From the NCBI GenBank assembly GCA_049970775.1, contig JBMFMH010000002.1, forward strand, positions 1-55,112: a stretch of 55,112 nucleotides of DNA. The letters run 5' to 3'. How positions within the stretch are numbered: position 1 is the stretch's first letter; the number at the start of each line of letters is the position of its first letter. The notes beneath the pieces were generated by a model that saw only the letters and a program-made list of their open reading frames with translations, made no database searches and was not told where the DNA came from. The DNA is from a bacterium. GTDB lineage: Bacteria > Armatimonadota > JACIXR01. Made by a program: the position numbers and the translations under genes. Below, one piece after another: positions 34,439-44,308 of the stretch.

Positions 34439-36322
34439 TTACATCATTCCAATTCCCAGAGTTGAGTAGAGGACCAAGGAGATTGTTCTTCCAAGGTAGT
34501 GTCCCACTATCAGCCCGATGAAAAAAGGGGTTGCTTTATTGAAGGTCTTTAGCCCACCCCAGCGAAGGAGCGCCAACTTAACCAGCCAAGCGCAGAAGGC
34601 ACCCAGATAAACCGCATAAAGAGTGAAGGAAGAAGCAATCGCCAAACCTATGGGATGGATTGGCCACCATACGAAGCGAAGATGAAGAAATGTGAAAAGC
34701 CCCATCATCACCGCACCACCTAAAGCCCAGAGAAAATATTCTGCCTTAAAGCCAAAGGGATTTCTTATCTGGCTGAGCACTTGCTCGTAGGTGTTTGGTC
34801 CCCAGCCCTTGAATATCCAGGTGTTCCAGGTTAAGGTTCCCTGCTTGTATCCCGTGTAGATTATGAAAAGGGGAGCAACTATTAAGCCTATACCAGCGGA
34901 TAAGAAAAGGGATAGAGAGAAATGCCAGCCTTTTGCGCGCTTTGCCTCCCATAATCTTGCTCCCTCAGCGGAGAATACGGAGAAGACATCCTGAGTATCG
35001 CCATGCCAGGAATAAGATAAGCCGAGGGAGACCATCCCTTGATGACCGATGAATTTGCTACCGAAACCGAATATGCAGATATTCTGTGCTATGACAGGTG
35101 GAACTATGTAGAATATTCCCGATTGACAAACGATGCGAGAAAGTCCGATGTAGATGAGGATAACGAAGAGCAGGAAAAAGAAAGCTATTAGAAAAGACAT
35201 CCCTGAGCGATGAAGCCAGAAAAGGAGATAGGAAAAAGAGAGGAGAAGGAGAGGAAGGAGGAGGCGAGGGGGAATCAACTCCTCAACAGCTGATTCTTTT
35301 TTAAAGAAGCTTAAAAGGAGGTTGAAAATGTGGCGTCTTGCGAGGAGGATGGAGGAAATAGTGAAAACGAGGAAAGCGCCCAATGATTGCCAGGCAATTG
35401 CTGCGTTTCCCCAAACGAACATCCCTCCTGAGCCTAAAGCGATTGCGAAACGATGGAAGAGCGCCTCTTCAATTAAGGTGAGAACATAAAAGAACCAAAT
35501 TCCACACAATACATCGGTGGGAACGAAGAAGCCAACGCCAAAGGCAAGAAAATTGAAACATAAAAGGGGCTGGCTTCTAACCGGGGTCCATCCCCAATCC
35601 AAACACCCTATGTGGTCTACAGGTAAGGAAGGAAGGGCTGGAATGTAGAGATGAAGGGCTTGTTCAGCCATAATGAGAAAGGGAATGCTTACCCCAATCC
35701 AAAAGAGGGATTTGCGGAAGAGCCCTTCTCTTCCCCTTTCAACAAGGAAAATGGGAACTTGCATCAATGGATAGGAAAGCTTCTCGTTTTCCATCCAATA
35801 TCTTCTAAAAAGGGTTATCACTGTATAGGAAGCGATAAAGAGGATGAAAAAGAAAGGAAGCCAATGGGAAAGTGGGGTTAGCCAAGCTTTTATGGGGATA
35901 CTTTCTCCTTCAGGCAGCCCTTCAAAAAACCATTTCGCAGCAAGTTTATCATTTACAAATAAATTAGGTTTAATATAAGGAATGAGGTCTTTATGCCACT
36001 TATTTTCCGGGGAGGCGAAATATAAGGGAGAAGCAATTGCGGAAAGGAACATATAGATGAGGAAAATTGGGGTGGAGTTCGCCACGAGTGCCATCGCGAA
36101 GATTACGAGGAGCTCCCCTGAGGTCAAGCCGAGGCAAGGCTTAATGCGAGATATTATGAAATTGATAAGGAGAAGAAAGATGAAAGGTATGACCGCACCT
36201 TCGGGTAAATAGCTCCAAGAGAAATTGCTGAAGGCTCTGCTTTCCGTGAGGGGGGAAAGCGTGTTTACAAAGACAGAAAGGAGAATCCCGATGAAAATAG
36301 CCCTGAAAGTTACAGCTTTCAC
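34439..36322 (-). CDS. Polytopic membrane protein (about 16-18 TM segments), function unknown
   Basis: The 627-aa ORF is continuously hydrophobic. Its GTG start overlaps the stop of the upstream S55-like gene by 4 nt (GTGA). No transporter signature was recognised. Confidence 0.85.
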   Translation of the reverse strand: MKAVTFRAIFIGILLSVFVNTLSPLTESRAFSNFSWSYLPEGAVIPFIFLLLINFIISRIKPCLGLTSGELLVIFAMALVANSTPIFLIYMFLSAIASPLYFASPENKWHKDLIPYIKPNLFVNDKLAAKWFFEGLPEGESIPIKAWLTPLSHWLPFFFILFIASYTVITLFRRYWMENEKLSYPLMQVPIFLVERGREGLFRKSLFWIGVSIPFLIMAEQALHLYIPALPSLPVDHIGCLDWGWTPVRSQPLLCFNFLAFGVGFFVPTDVLCGIWFFYVLTLIEEALFHRFAIALGSGGMFVWGNAAIAWQSLGAFLVFTISSILLARRHIFNLLLSFFKKESAVEELIPPRLLLPLLLLSFSYLLFWLHRSGMSFLIAFFFLLFVILIYIGLSRIVCQSGIFYIVPPVIAQNICIFGFGSKFIGHQGMVSLGLSYSWHGDTQDVFSVFSAEGARLWEAKRAKGWHFSLSLFLSAGIGLIVAPLFIIYTGYKQGTLTWNTWIFKGWGPNTYEQVLSQIRNPFGFKAEYFLWALGGAVMMGLFTFLHLRFVWWPIHPIGLAIASSFTLYAVYLGAFCAWLVKLALLRWGGLKTFNKATPFFIGLIVGHYLGRTISLVLYSTLGIGMM

Positions 36323-39300
36323 ATCACTAAGAAATCCATCATATCTTCAATTGCATCATCTGCATCGCTTTGTTTTGGGCTCTTCTCATTTTGCGTTGAG
36401 GGCTTATTTTCTTTCTCTTTTTGTGCTTGGGGTGGCTGAGCTTCCTTCTTTGGAGGCACAACTTCTTCTATCTTCTCTATTTTTCCTTCCTTACCAATCG
36501 TTATCTTTTCCTCCAGGGTTGTTTCATTTTTTGCTGAATCCCTTGCCTTTATCTTCAAGGTAATTTGGGAAAGATTGCCCTCAGGAATTTGCGCCAAAAT
36601 CGTAAATGGCTCTTGCGTAGTGGAGAAAAGACCTTTGGATGGATTGGCACTGTAGAAGATATCTCCTCCGACGCTGTAGCTTACTTCTGTTACCGGGCTG
36701 AGGTTGTCCTCCGCTAAGCCCTCAAGATAAATCTTCCCATCAACAATCTTAACCGTGTCCTTATAAACGGTTATGCGTGGCGGTGTATTATCAATCTTTA
36801 TCTCAATCACCTTTTCCGCACTGAGTGCCCGAGAAGGAGGGTTACTACCGGCATCGGAAACCACGAGTTTGAGGAAATAGCGACCATCCTTTTTATCTTT
36901 AGTGTTAAATTGGTATTGATTCTTTCCCTCTACCTCGCCCACCTTCTGCCAATTTTTCCCATCCTCGGAAATATAAATCGTTGTTATGAGGGTATCGTTG
37001 TTAGGGTCCGCTGCTTGCCATTTTATCTCGGCTGAGCCGGATAGGGAATCCCCAAAAACAGGAGAAGAGATGGACAGGGTAGGGGGAAGGTTTTGCGGGA
37101 GGAGATAGACGGTAACACGGTGAAGGGAAGGCGTTTGTGAGGCGTCGTTTGTTGATAATTTAGCCCTGTATTGAAGGTAGCGAGCGGGGGGACTAAGGAT
37201 GCTTCCATCTGGTCCAAGCGGTGCCCAAAGACTCCATCCCTCATCGGGTAGAGGGGAATTTCCGCTCCTCGTTTCTATCTGCAACGAACAGGGGGAAGGG
37301 ATATCCGCCTCGTAGGTTATCCTTCCCCACTCACAAGTAATCCCACCATCAAATACGGAGGAAGTAAAAGTCCCTTCCTTCGCATAGGAGGAAGTTGAGA
37401 GAAAAATTGTAGGCGGATTACTTCCCAAAGCGATTATTCCCTTCCTTGCCCTTAAAAAACCGGTGATGTCAGAGCTATCCGCCTGAAAGGCGAAACCCCA
37501 TCTATCAGTGCGAGAAGGGTCAAGGAGGTAAATTCTTCCGTTGTTGCTTGTTCCAACAAGGATATGCCCAGATGTATCAATTAGGCTATAGATTGCTCTC
37601 TCCTTAGTATCCGCTATCTCAAAAAGCCCTCTATCCGTTATGCGGAGAATTTTTCCACCGGGAGCAGTGCCTATATACACATCTTTGCCCACGCTCAATA
37701 TAGCGCTCACCGTTTGGGAATTTGTGGAATAGAAGGAGCTCCCGCTTTCCCTATAGAAAATAACCAATCCTTGTGGTGATGTGCCGAGTATCAGAGCATC
37801 GTCTTTCTCTCCCAGCTTCACGATGTGCTGGTCGGGAGCGATGTATATAAGAGTGGCTTTTCCCTCGGGAGAAAGGGAATATAAGAACCCCTTTTCCCCA
37901 CCGGTAGCCACTATAAGCCTATTCTGTTGAGGAAGCAAATCCCAGATATAATCAACGGGAAGGGTGGCAAAAGGAGAGAGCGTTCTATTGCCGATATCAA
38001 CTGTGTAGATGTTGCCTCCAGGGAAGGAAGCAGCGATTATCTTCCCCTGCCAATTGATTAAGCGTAGACCTATTTCATTGGTCTTAATAATTTTTTCCAC
38101 CTTTCCATCCGAGGATATCTTGAAGATAGCGCCCGTGCCCAAGGTAGTAGCGAGGTAGTATTCACCCTCATCCAATGCCGAGAGGAAAAGGGAGCCGGGC
38201 AGGGTAGCTATTTTCTCCCATTTGGGAGCCAGGATTATCTCTCCTCCCTTTGTTACAACAACACTTTTTATCTCGCCTTGGGCGAAATCCTCGTATTTCG
38301 CTTGTATCCATACCCTCTTTGAGGGCACGGAGGGAGGTGCTGGAGCGCTCGGAGGAGCTTGAGGAACCTCCGCCTGCGGCTGGGGAGGAGGTTGCTGGGG
38401 TTGGGCTTGTTGCGGTTGTGCCATCCCCGTTCTCATAAGGGCGGAGATGAAAGAGGAGGTTTTCGCTGAATAAAAGAATATTTCCTCCTCTCCGCCAGTT
38501 GGAATGGAGGCTGGTGTTGGGACTTCCTCCTGAGGTGCACCGGAGGGCAAGGCAATTGCGGGCGCCTTACCCGTCTTTGAGATAATTATCGGTATGTTTT
38601 TAACCCCTGATATCACCCATTCCGTATCAAAGGAGGAAACTGAAACATAAGGAACACGACGAAGCGCTGTTTCCTTACTTGAAGTTATCATCTCCTCAAT
38701 TCCCGTGGGTAAAGGGGATAGTAGTTTATCCTCCAACTGTATGCGGGAACGAGACATAACTAATGAGACAACGAGATGATTATTTTGAGGAATGTCCTCA
38801 ATTAATTTGAGGAGGTCAAAAAGATTGGTCGGTGTTTTAAATCCCATTACCTGTGGCGGGATATAAGCCCCACCACCAACATAAATCATCGCTCTCCCCT
38901 CCGGTGCCTCGTAGGGGATGTTAAGGGCTATGGGGAAGGTTATCGGGTCCTCGCTTCCGTATTTTTTCAGATAAACTGTCAGAGAGACTTTATCCCCCGG
39001 TTTAACGATGTTCTTGTCAATGGATAACTTCTCAATCCTTGCCAACTTTCTTCCTTTGTCCACCTCAACTTGAACGCTAACCCTTTCCGGATAAACAGCC
39101 TGGAAAATGTTATCACGGAGCAAGGAGAGTATATCCTCAAGGAAATAGGAGGAATCTAAACCTGCCCCTATGGATGAATAGAAGATGTCCCTCTTCCTTA
39201 AGTGTTTTCCATCTTCCAGCTGAATATCCAATGAAACCTTGCTCATAACATCTACAGGGTCAGGGAAGGAAAGGAAGAGAGCGTTTTCCACAGCGGTCCC

Positions 39301-40311
39301 GATTAGGGCATTGGTTAAGGATGGATGCTTAACCACTTCCACATTGAACCTCTGCTTTTTATCCCCATTAATGATGATGATGGAGACGGGGACCATATGA
39401 GGAACTATCCCGGTTTTCCCGCTTATTGAGAAGTAGCCGTCCCTTGTTAGGGAGCCGATGACATCACCAGGCGAGCCCAATTTAGTTGAAATAGCCAAGC
39501 TCGGGATGATATCGTGTATATAGGCGGTTACAGCTGGCATCTGGGCATCTCCCATATCCATCATAGAGTGCCCGAAGGCGAGCCATTCTCCCTTTTCATT
39601 TATGTAAGTTAAAGTTCCTATCGCCGTTATCTGCATATCGCCGCTCATCAACTGACAACCAAGTGCAGCCCCTGGAACTAAAGGGGCTTTCACCTGCATC
39701 TTTCCTCCTCCTGGCGACTGCATAAAAATGAAACCCGCTTTCTCAAAAATGGAGGACGCCTTTTCCAACGCTTTAGGGTGAAAGCCTGAAGCTATCAAGG
39801 GAATGGCAATGGGAACCATAGTTACATATTCATCGTTTCCCGTCGTTTTTATCCCCATTTCCCTTAAGAGCGAGCTCTTCACCCTTAGCTGTGCACCGCC
39901 GATGGGAACTTCCTTGTTGGCTGAGACAATCATATTTTCTATCGGGGTTATGCCGGCAAGAGGTTCAAGGGAATAGCGCCAGGTCAAGGCTACTGCTCCT
40001 ATCAGCTTGCCGTTTATATAAACTGGGCTTCCGCTCATTCCCGCTATCACTTTGGCATTTCTTTGCGTTATGGGACCGCCTGAGAGGCGAGCCAAGATTA
40101 TATCTCCTGTGATGTTGTCCTTGGGGAGAACGCCTAAAATTTCCACATCAAACTTTTCTATTTTTGTTCCCTTGAATACAGTGAGACCATATCCCTTCAT
40201 TCCCGGCTTTATATCCTTCACCCGCATCATAGTTTTGGGGTCGAAGGACAAGGCGAAACCCAAAAGAGATAGCAAAATAGGAAAAATAAATCTCAAAACT
40301 TTTCTTGTCAA
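36319..40311 (-). CDS. Giant secreted protein: N-terminal SpoIVB-like S55 serine peptidase domain, PQ-rich linker, propeller-like repeats, Ig-like domains
   Basis: A TTG start has a GGAGGAG SD 6 nt upstream, and a signal peptide is present. MKGYGLTVFKGTKIEKFDVEILGV...AGMSGSPVYINGKLIGAV matches the S55 trypsin-like core. The linker is AQPQQAQPQQPPPQPQ. The tail is K/E-rich and ends acidic. Confidence 0.8.
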   Translation of the reverse strand: MTRKVLRFIFPILLSLLGFALSFDPKTMMRVKDIKPGMKGYGLTVFKGTKIEKFDVEILGVLPKDNITGDIILARLSGGPITQRNAKVIAGMSGSPVYINGKLIGAVALTWRYSLEPLAGITPIENMIVSANKEVPIGGAQLRVKSSLLREMGIKTTGNDEYVTMVPIAIPLIASGFHPKALEKASSIFEKAGFIFMQSPGGGKMQVKAPLVPGAALGCQLMSGDMQITAIGTLTYINEKGEWLAFGHSMMDMGDAQMPAVTAYIHDIIPSLAISTKLGSPGDVIGSLTRDGYFSISGKTGIVPHMVPVSIIIINGDKKQRFNVEVVKHPSLTNALIGTAVENALFLSFPDPVDVMSKVSLDIQLEDGKHLRKRDIFYSSIGAGLDSSYFLEDILSLLRDNIFQAVYPERVSVQVEVDKGRKLARIEKLSIDKNIVKPGDKVSLTVYLKKYGSEDPITFPIALNIPYEAPEGRAMIYVGGGAYIPPQVMGFKTPTNLFDLLKLIEDIPQNNHLVVSLVMSRSRIQLEDKLLSPLPTGIEEMITSSKETALRRVPYVSVSSFDTEWVISGVKNIPIIISKTGKAPAIALPSGAPQEEVPTPASIPTGGEEEIFFYSAKTSSFISALMRTGMAQPQQAQPQQPPPQPQAEVPQAPPSAPAPPSVPSKRVWIQAKYEDFAQGEIKSVVVTKGGEIILAPKWEKIATLPGSLFLSALDEGEYYLATTLGTGAIFKISSDGKVEKIIKTNEIGLRLINWQGKIIAASFPGGNIYTVDIGNRTLSPFATLPVDYIWDLLPQQNRLIVATGGEKGFLYSLSPEGKATLIYIAPDQHIVKLGEKDDALILGTSPQGLVIFYRESGSSFYSTNSQTVSAILSVGKDVYIGTAPGGKILRITDRGLFEIADTKERAIYSLIDTSGHILVGTSNNGRIYLLDPSRTDRWGFAFQADSSDITGFLRARKGIIALGSNPPTIFLSTSSYAKEGTFTSSVFDGGITCEWGRITYEADIPSPCSLQIETRSGNSPLPDEGWSLWAPLGPDGSILSPPARYLQYRAKLSTNDASQTPSLHRVTVYLLPQNLPPTLSISSPVFGDSLSGSAEIKWQAADPNNDTLITTIYISEDGKNWQKVGEVEGKNQYQFNTKDKKDGRYFLKLVVSDAGSNPPSRALSAEKVIEIKIDNTPPRITVYKDTVKIVDGKIYLEGLAEDNLSPVTEVSYSVGGDIFYSANPSKGLFSTTQEPFTILAQIPEGNLSQITLKIKARDSAKNETTLEEKITIGKEGKIEKIEEVVPPKKEAQPPQAQKEKENKPSTQNEKSPKQSDADDAIEDMMDFLVM

Positions 40312-40409
40312 GTTGGTCTCCTCCTCTTAAATTTTCTTTCTCAAAATTTTATAATAAATTCAACCATCTTGCAAAGCAAAAAGAAGTCCGGAAAAGGAGC
40401 GGAAAATTT

Positions 40410-43400
40410 ATGAGAAAGGCTTTCCTTTTCTTTGCTCTGTTTTGTTACCTATCAATAAACACCTCGTTTAGCCTCCCGAACTTCTCCGTTGTGAATCTTA
40501 GAGGCTATGGAAGAGTGCAAGCGACAATTGGAGGAGGGATTGTCAAATTTCTCTGTGAAAACCCGGAGAAAGCCGATATCCTTCTCGGAAAACTTCTCGC
40601 AGACCTCTTCTGGGATGCGAAAGATAAACATTTAGAAAGAGAGGTTAGCCTCTCCTCGGGTAAGAAAATTAAAATCCACCTCTACCCTCCCTTCGGCTGC
40701 ATCGCCCTTGGACGAAAGAACAACCTCGTCCTTGGGGTAGGTGGAAACACGGAGGAGGAAGTTATCCGAAAAATAAAGGAAAATAAAGAGCTACTTTCCT
40801 TCTTCTCCTCCGATATAAGGTTTTCCCCTGAAAAACCCTATCCAATCTACCTTGATTTCTATGATTTGCGAGCCTTTAAGTCCTATACGCATGCTATGTC
40901 CTCTCCCCATCAACTCGGTGTAGAGAACCATTGGAAATTCGTGAAGGATTTTTCGCTTGGTGGGCTTGCCACGCAATATACCGATTTTCAATTCACTAAT
41001 CCCGCTCCTGGCGTTTTTGAGCTTGTTCCTGCGGATTATGAAGTGAAGGAAGCGGAGAAAAACAAGGGTTTGTATGTTATTTGTTTCAATTTCGGTGGGA
41101 ATGTTCCCCTTTGGTTTTACAATAAATATTCCCAAGATATGATGGGGATTCCAGAGAATCTTCTCCTCGGTGGTTGGGGAAGAGAAGGAGCGGCTGGCGC
41201 TCACTATGAAAGCTGGGGGATAAGCTATGATAAAAGAAAAGAGGGAGGCTTGAGGTTTGCGGAGGAAGTTATGAAAAGATATGTGAAAAGTCCCTCGCTC
41301 GGCGGTTGGCACATATATGCGGGGGCGCCAGGAGGAGAGATGTCATATCATTCAAGAACCACTGCCTTCTACGATTTTTCTCCCCTTGGAGAGGAAAACT
41401 TCCGAGATTATTTGCGAAAAGTCAAGGGCTATACTCTCAAGCAATTGGGAGAGAGATGGTATGGAGATGCAAATCATTTCAAAAGCTGGAAGGAGGTAAA
41501 GCTTCCTAATCCGTTCAGTTTCTACGCCGATTTAGATGGTTCCTTTGTGATAAATAGGAACTGGAAATGGCATAAAGCGGAAACCGATAACCCACCGCAA
41601 GACGATAACTGGATAAGAATTGAAATGCCACCTTCTCAAGAGCAACTTTTCCTTCCTTGGACATCCGCTTTTTTCAAAACGATTTTTGATTGTCGGGATT
41701 GGCTCAACTCTAATAAGGGCAAGGATATATACCTGGTCTGCAATCTCTATGCTTACGATGGGGATGGAACATCCGTGTGGTTAAATGGGAAATTCCTTGG
41801 TAAATTCAAGTCCCCTATCGGGCTTGGACCATTCAGCCTGAAAGTAAACGGCGAATTAAAAGAAGGGTTTAACGAGCTCGTCTTAAAGGTTCCCGGTGAA
41901 GGAAAAATATTTGGACCCATTCTCTTGACGGCAAAGGAGCCTCGCTTTTATCCCTATTTGGGAAAGGGGAAGAACGCGATGTTCGTAGATTTTAAAGAGT
42001 GGCAAATCCATACCTATTGCTCCTATCACATTCCAGGATTGGAATTAGCAAGAAGAATAGACCCAGATAGACCGATAATCCTCAGCCCCGACCAAAACAC
42101 AGCGGGTTATGCCTTAAATTTCGCTGAGCGCTATGGTTTGGGATTACAGTTCACCGGACAGGGAGGATGGTATTATCCCTGGTGGACGGGATATGGATAT
42201 CTAAGGGGTATATATGGAACGAGCGAGCCGGGCGGAACCATAGAGGAAAAATGGATGGATAGAATGATGGGATGGATACTTATTAATGGGGAAAGTAATT
42301 TCAATCTCTTCTGGACCTTAGAGGATTATATGAAGATGGAGAAGGAAACCGGTTGGTTCAGCAAACATAAAAGACTCGTTCAACTGTTCGGGAAATCCAT
42401 AAGAGAGAAGCCGAGAATAGTAATCTTCCGTCCCACTCTTGAAATGCTCCTTGACCCCCAAGAGACCTTTTGGGTCTGGGACATAGGTAGAGGGGAATTG
42501 CAAGCCAGCCATTACGACAACCTTTATGCAACTGAGGAGGATGTAGAAAGGGGATTGGTCAATGAATATCCCGTTCTATTTGATTGTGGGACAACAATTA
42601 TGGACGATAAGATGATAGAAGCGATTAGAAAATATGTTGAGCAAGGCGGAACATTTATTGCTCTTCATAACACAGGAAGGCATAGCCTCCTGGAACCCGA
42701 TAGCTGGCCGATATCAAAGTTGACGGGGCTTAAGGTGATTTCCACTGATAAAAGGGGAAGGCTGAGATTTGAAGCTAATATTCCGATTTTCAGAGGCTGG
42801 GAGGGAAAGGAGTTTGAGGGGGAAGGAACGGCGTTGGATTATAGGGGCAAGGAGTTCGCTAAGGGTGTTGGCATTGCTATGAAGCCAGAGGGCAAGGATG
42901 TGATTCCCATAGCAAGATGGGAGGATGGCTCAATTGCCATCGGCTACACCAGATTGGGAAGAGGGAAAATAATAGTTCTTGGTTCCACTTTCTGGAGGAG
43001 TGGGAAAGATATCTCGGGGGTTTGGGTTAATCAATCTGAACTTCAAAGGGAGTTCTTTTGGAGATTGTTCAGTGACTTAGGAATTGAAAGAAACGCGAAT
43101 AGTTCCTCTGCTGATATTTGGACGAGGAAGTTCATCACGAAAAACGGCTTGGAAGAGTGGCTAATCGCTTTCAATTCCTCATCTTCAACTGTCAAAGCGA
43201 ATATCTCCTTCAGGGTTAACCTAAAACCAAACGAAGTGTGGGATAAGGTGGAAGAAAAGGCAATTGACTTCACTTGTGAGGATGGTTGGGTGAAGATTAA
43301 GGATTTGAAATTTAATCCCTTTGAGACGAAGGTATTTGCGGTTAAAAGAGCCGATATAGCAGATGCCATATCCTATTGGTGGTGGGAGAAGACCACCTAT

Positions 43401-44303
43401 TGGAAGGCTTCCGAGATTCCAAAGAAATTTGAAACAAAACCGAAAGAAAGCCTTGAAGATGTAATTTGCTTTGACAAGTGGCGATTCTACCCTGATAAAG
43501 ATGGGGTTGTGAGCGGAAGAGAAGAATGGAAATATCCCGATTATGACGATAGCTGCTGGAAAGTGGTCCCCTCAACGCTTTGGAATCTTATACCCGAATT
43601 GTCCAGTTATAAAGGCATCGGGCTTTATAGAGCTAAATTCAGGATACCCAAAGAATGGCAAAGGCATAGGATTATGCTGGAGCTTTACAGCTTTGACCAC
43701 CCAATCATCTATAATTCAGGGCAATTCTTCATCAACGGGAAAGAAGTAGCGAAATACCAGCAAAGGGGATGGAGCCAAACATTCGTTTATGACATAACTG
43801 ATTACCTGCGTGAAGGGGAGAATGTGTTGGCTATTAAGGTGCAAGGCGGAGACGAGTTTTTCACTCTTCAAGCGGGAGGAATTTGCGGTTCCATTTTCCT
43901 CTTTCCCGCTCTCAATTTATCTCCTTCAATTGACTTAAGCGGTAAATGGAAGGTGCTTAAGGGAGATTTCAGAGGATTAGAGGAAACCGAGCTTCCGGGA
44001 AGAGCGAGAGGGAAATGCCTCATTAGGGATATTGAGATACCCGAGGATTGGAAGGGCAAAGAAATATACATTCAGCTTGAAATACCACAACAATGGTTAA
44101 GGAGCATAGCAGTGAATGGAAGATTGATAAACTACAATTCCTACCTCCATCCATTTGGCACCATAAGCGAGGTAAACATCACGCCTTACATAAAGCCAGG
44201 CGAATTAAACAGAATTGAGCTATGGCCTGCTACAATAGCTACATTTAACGAGGAGGATATGGAGGTTAACAAAATAGTTATAGGCTGTAAAATTGAGAGG
44301 TGA
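40410..44303 (+). CDS. Giant secreted glycan-associated protein (GH42-like trimerisation / GATase1-like module plus GH2-type sugar-binding jelly rolls); family unassigned
   Basis: An AAGGAG SD lies 9 nt upstream of the ATG at 40410, followed by the signal peptide MRKAFLFFALFCYLSINTSFS. The ORF-track start at 40305 is rejected. The C-terminal block is YRAKFRIPKEW...FFINGKEV...ENVLAIKVQGG. Confidence 0.8.
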   Translation: MRKAFLFFALFCYLSINTSFSLPNFSVVNLRGYGRVQATIGGGIVKFLCENPEKADILLGKLLADLFWDAKDKHLEREVSLSSGKKIKIHLYPPFGCIALGRKNNLVLGVGGNTEEEVIRKIKENKELLSFFSSDIRFSPEKPYPIYLDFYDLRAFKSYTHAMSSPHQLGVENHWKFVKDFSLGGLATQYTDFQFTNPAPGVFELVPADYEVKEAEKNKGLYVICFNFGGNVPLWFYNKYSQDMMGIPENLLLGGWGREGAAGAHYESWGISYDKRKEGGLRFAEEVMKRYVKSPSLGGWHIYAGAPGGEMSYHSRTTAFYDFSPLGEENFRDYLRKVKGYTLKQLGERWYGDANHFKSWKEVKLPNPFSFYADLDGSFVINRNWKWHKAETDNPPQDDNWIRIEMPPSQEQLFLPWTSAFFKTIFDCRDWLNSNKGKDIYLVCNLYAYDGDGTSVWLNGKFLGKFKSPIGLGPFSLKVNGELKEGFNELVLKVPGEGKIFGPILLTAKEPRFYPYLGKGKNAMFVDFKEWQIHTYCSYHIPGLELARRIDPDRPIILSPDQNTAGYALNFAERYGLGLQFTGQGGWYYPWWTGYGYLRGIYGTSEPGGTIEEKWMDRMMGWILINGESNFNLFWTLEDYMKMEKETGWFSKHKRLVQLFGKSIREKPRIVIFRPTLEMLLDPQETFWVWDIGRGELQASHYDNLYATEEDVERGLVNEYPVLFDCGTTIMDDKMIEAIRKYVEQGGTFIALHNTGRHSLLEPDSWPISKLTGLKVISTDKRGRLRFEANIPIFRGWEGKEFEGEGTALDYRGKEFAKGVGIAMKPEGKDVIPIARWEDGSIAIGYTRLGRGKIIVLGSTFWRSGKDISGVWVNQSELQREFFWRLFSDLGIERNANSSSADIWTRKFITKNGLEEWLIAFNSSSSTVKANISFRVNLKPNEVWDKVEEKAIDFTCEDGWVKIKDLKFNPFETKVFAVKRADIADAISYWWWEKTTYWKASEIPKKFETKPKESLEDVICFDKWRFYPDKDGVVSGREEWKYPDYDDSCWKVVPSTLWNLIPELSSYKGIGLYRAKFRIPKEWQRHRIMLELYSFDHPIIYNSGQFFINGKEVAKYQQRGWSQTFVYDITDYLREGENVLAIKVQGGDEFFTLQAGGICGSIFLFPALNLSPSIDLSGKWKVLKGDFRGLEETELPGRARGKCLIRDIEIPEDWKGKEIYIQLEIPQQWLRSIAVNGRLINYNSYLHPFGTISEVNITPYIKPGELNRIELWPATIATFNEEDMEVNKIVIGCKIER

Positions 44304-44308
44304 GGGAA

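Noticed and set aside
40305-40409. Upstream extension of the 1332-aa ORF (start at 40305)
   Set aside because: The extension overlaps the divergent S55-like gene's start region and lacks an SD. The ATG at 40410 has an AAGGAG SD and is followed by a canonical signal peptide.
40791-41312. 173-aa minus-strand ORF, and similar antisense ORFs at 24929..25345, 43043..43369, 45347..45733 and 33034..33384
   Set aside because: They are embedded antisense in long, well-supported genes and have no start signals or family resemblance.
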